From Acidimicrobiia bacterium (GTDB taxonomy: Bacteria > Actinomycetota > Acidimicrobiia > Acidimicrobiales > VFJN01): DNA of 64,000 bases. Positions 62,880 to 64,000 of the stretch are shown here, in pieces. The DNA is taken from the NCBI GenBank assembly GCA_047459075.1, contig VSCH01000007.1:19606-83605 (forward strand). Direction: 5' to 3'. The translations under genes were made by a program, and so were the position numbers. Each line of letters begins with the position of its first letter. Position 1 is the stretch's first letter. Below the pieces are notes generated by a model that searched no databases, was not told the DNA's origin, and was given only the letters and a program-made list of their open reading frames with translations.

Positions 62880-64000
62880 GCGTCCCTCCGATCGGGACTC
62901 GCGAGGTCGTCGGCCACCGGGCGGGCCGGGGCCTTGGCGAGGTCGACCATGAGCTCGGTCGCCTCGTGGTCGCGGTGCTCGGCCACCAGGTGCTCCATCT
63001 CGCGGATGCTCTTGTCGAGGCGCTCGGCCTCGATGCGGATGGGCGTGAGCCGCACGATCGAGGGGTGCCGCGTCGGGCTGGCCTGCTCCTCGGGGTTCTG
63101 GAGGTCCTCGGCCAGCTTCTCGCCGGGGCGCCGGCCCGAGAACCGGATGGGGATCTCGGTCCCGACCTGGTGGCCCGAGAGGCGCACCATGCGCTCGGCC
63201 AGCTCGAGGATGTTCACCGGCTCCCCCATCTCGAGCATGAAGATCTCGCCGCCGCCCTCGGACAGTACCGCAGCCTGCAGCACGAGCTGCACGGACTCGC
63301 GCACGCTCATGAAGAAGCGGGTCATCCGGGGGTCGGTCACCGTGACCGGGCCACCCGCGGCGATCTGGCGGGCGAAGGTGGGGATGACGCTGCCCCGGCT
63401 GCCGAGGACGTTGCCGAACCGCACCGAGCACCAGCGGGAGCCCGGCGGGGCCAGGAGGAGCACGAGCTGCTCGCCGAGCCACTTCGAGTAGCCGAGGACG
63501 TTGGACGGCCGGACCGCCTTGTCGGAGGAGATGAAGACCAGGCGGTCGACGCCGCACTCGGCCGCGGCGGCGACGATGTTGTAGGTGCCGAGCACGTTGG
63601 TGCGCACCGCCTCGATGGGCTGAGCCTCGAGGAGGGGCACGTGCTTGTGCGCCGCGGCGTGGAAGACGACGTCCGGCTGCACCTCGCGGATCAGCGCGGC
63701 GACGCGGTCGCGGTCTCGGATGTCGGTGAGGTCGAGCTGCGCCGGCCGGTCGAGCTGCCCCGCGACGTCGTGGAGGTGCGTCTCGTCGTGGTCGAGCAGG
63801 ACGAGACGCCCGGGCTCGAGCTCGGCCACCTGCTTCGCGATCTCGGAGCCGATCGAGCCACCGGCCCCGGTGATGAGGACGGTGGCGCCGCCGACGACGG
63901 CCCGGATCTCCTCGATGTCGGTGGTGACCTGGGCCCGGCCCAGCAGGTCCTCGATGTTGATGTCCCGGGCGTCGCGCACCGAGGGGCGCCCGCCGAGCAG
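62858..64000 (-). CDS. CapD/WbpM/PglF-like polysaccharide biosynthesis protein (NDP-HexNAc 4,6-dehydratase), 5' end beyond the window
   Basis: VLITGAGGSIGSEI, FHAAAHKHVPLLE, ISSDKAVRPSNVLGYSK and RFGNVLGSRGSVIP are present. The frame stays open to position 64000 (..LLGGRPSVRDARDI..), which matches the linker before the Rossmann domain, so the membrane N-terminus lies outside the window. Confidence 0.9.
   Translation of the reverse strand: MLGGRPSVRDARDINIEDLLGRAQVTTDIEEIRAVVGGATVLITGAGGSIGSEIAKQVAELEPGRLVLLDHDETHLHDVAGQLDRPAQLDLTDIRDRDRVAALIREVQPDVVFHAAAHKHVPLLEAQPIEAVRTNVLGTYNIVAAAAECGVDRLVFISSDKAVRPSNVLGYSKWLGEQLVLLLAPPGSRWCSVRFGNVLGSRGSVIPTFARQIAAGGPVTVTDPRMTRFFMSVRESVQLVLQAAVLSEGGGEIFMLEMGEPVNILELAERMVRLSGHQVGTEIPIRFSGRRPGEKLAEDLQNPEEQASPTRHPSIVRLTPIRIEAERLDKSIREMEHLVAEHRDHEATELMVDLAKAPARPVADDLASPDRRDAWNPLTT

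Noticed and set aside
62858-63979. ATG/GTG at 63979 as the true start of the CapD-like gene
   Set aside because: The frame remains open to the window edge. The upstream residues (LLGGRPS) match the conserved linker preceding the Rossmann domain of full-length CapD/PglF proteins, so the gene is truncated by the window.

Overview
This is a very GC-rich chromosomal segment; third codon positions are almost all G/C. It looks actinobacterial: two WhiB-family genes, a single-anchor sdhCAB operon, and a ChlI-like ATPase/VWA pair. I cannot place it more precisely from sequence alone.

Positions 1-19.2 kb are housekeeping on both strands: ppk, a small conserved ORF, an htrA-like protease, two whiB paralogs, tatA, a formiminotransferase-like gene, a macro-domain gene, a Thr/Pro-rich membrane protein, the VWA protein, a DsbA-like gene, a GH1-like gene, the AAA+ ATPase, a GH2-like gene, a GNAT and sdhCAB.

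From 19.2 kb to the right edge (about 45 kb) the window is an almost uninterrupted glycan (cell-envelope or exopolysaccharide) biosynthesis super-locus. It contains:
- a PglC-type phosphoglycosyltransferase;
- six GT4-like, one further GT-B and three GT2 glycosyltransferases;
- wecB, a TviB/TviC-like dehydrogenase/epimerase pair, a CapD-like dehydratase (truncated by the window edge) and a DegT aminotransferase;
- two CE4 deacetylases, an MsbA-type ABC exporter, a Wzc-like tyrosine kinase co-polymerase and a candidate Wzy-like polymerase;
- a CDP-hexose operon with three tandem C-methyltransferase-family paralogs.

Many neighbouring genes are joined by ATGA/GTGA overlaps. I saw no rRNA, tRNA, CRISPR, transposase, integrase or phage genes. 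Most long ORFs in the six-frame track are GC-driven shadow ORFs, rich in Arg/Pro/Gly/Ala and antisense or out of frame to recognisable genes.

The candidates I consider most worth follow-up are:
1. The SDR, three-methyltransferase, RfbF, DUF402 operon (24.8-31.0 kb).
2. A PqqD-like plus apparently inactive nucleotidyltransferase-like pair wired into the Wzc/aminotransferase operon (59.9-61.2 kb).
3. A GT2 fused to a terpene-cyclase/prenyltransferase-like toroid domain (33.3-35.5 kb).
4. The split ATPase/VWA pair flanked by glycosidase-like genes with degenerate catalytic motifs.

All function calls rest on motif and family recognition by eye. No searches were run. Start codons were chosen from overlaps, RBS-like sequences and family N-termini, and may be off by a few codons.
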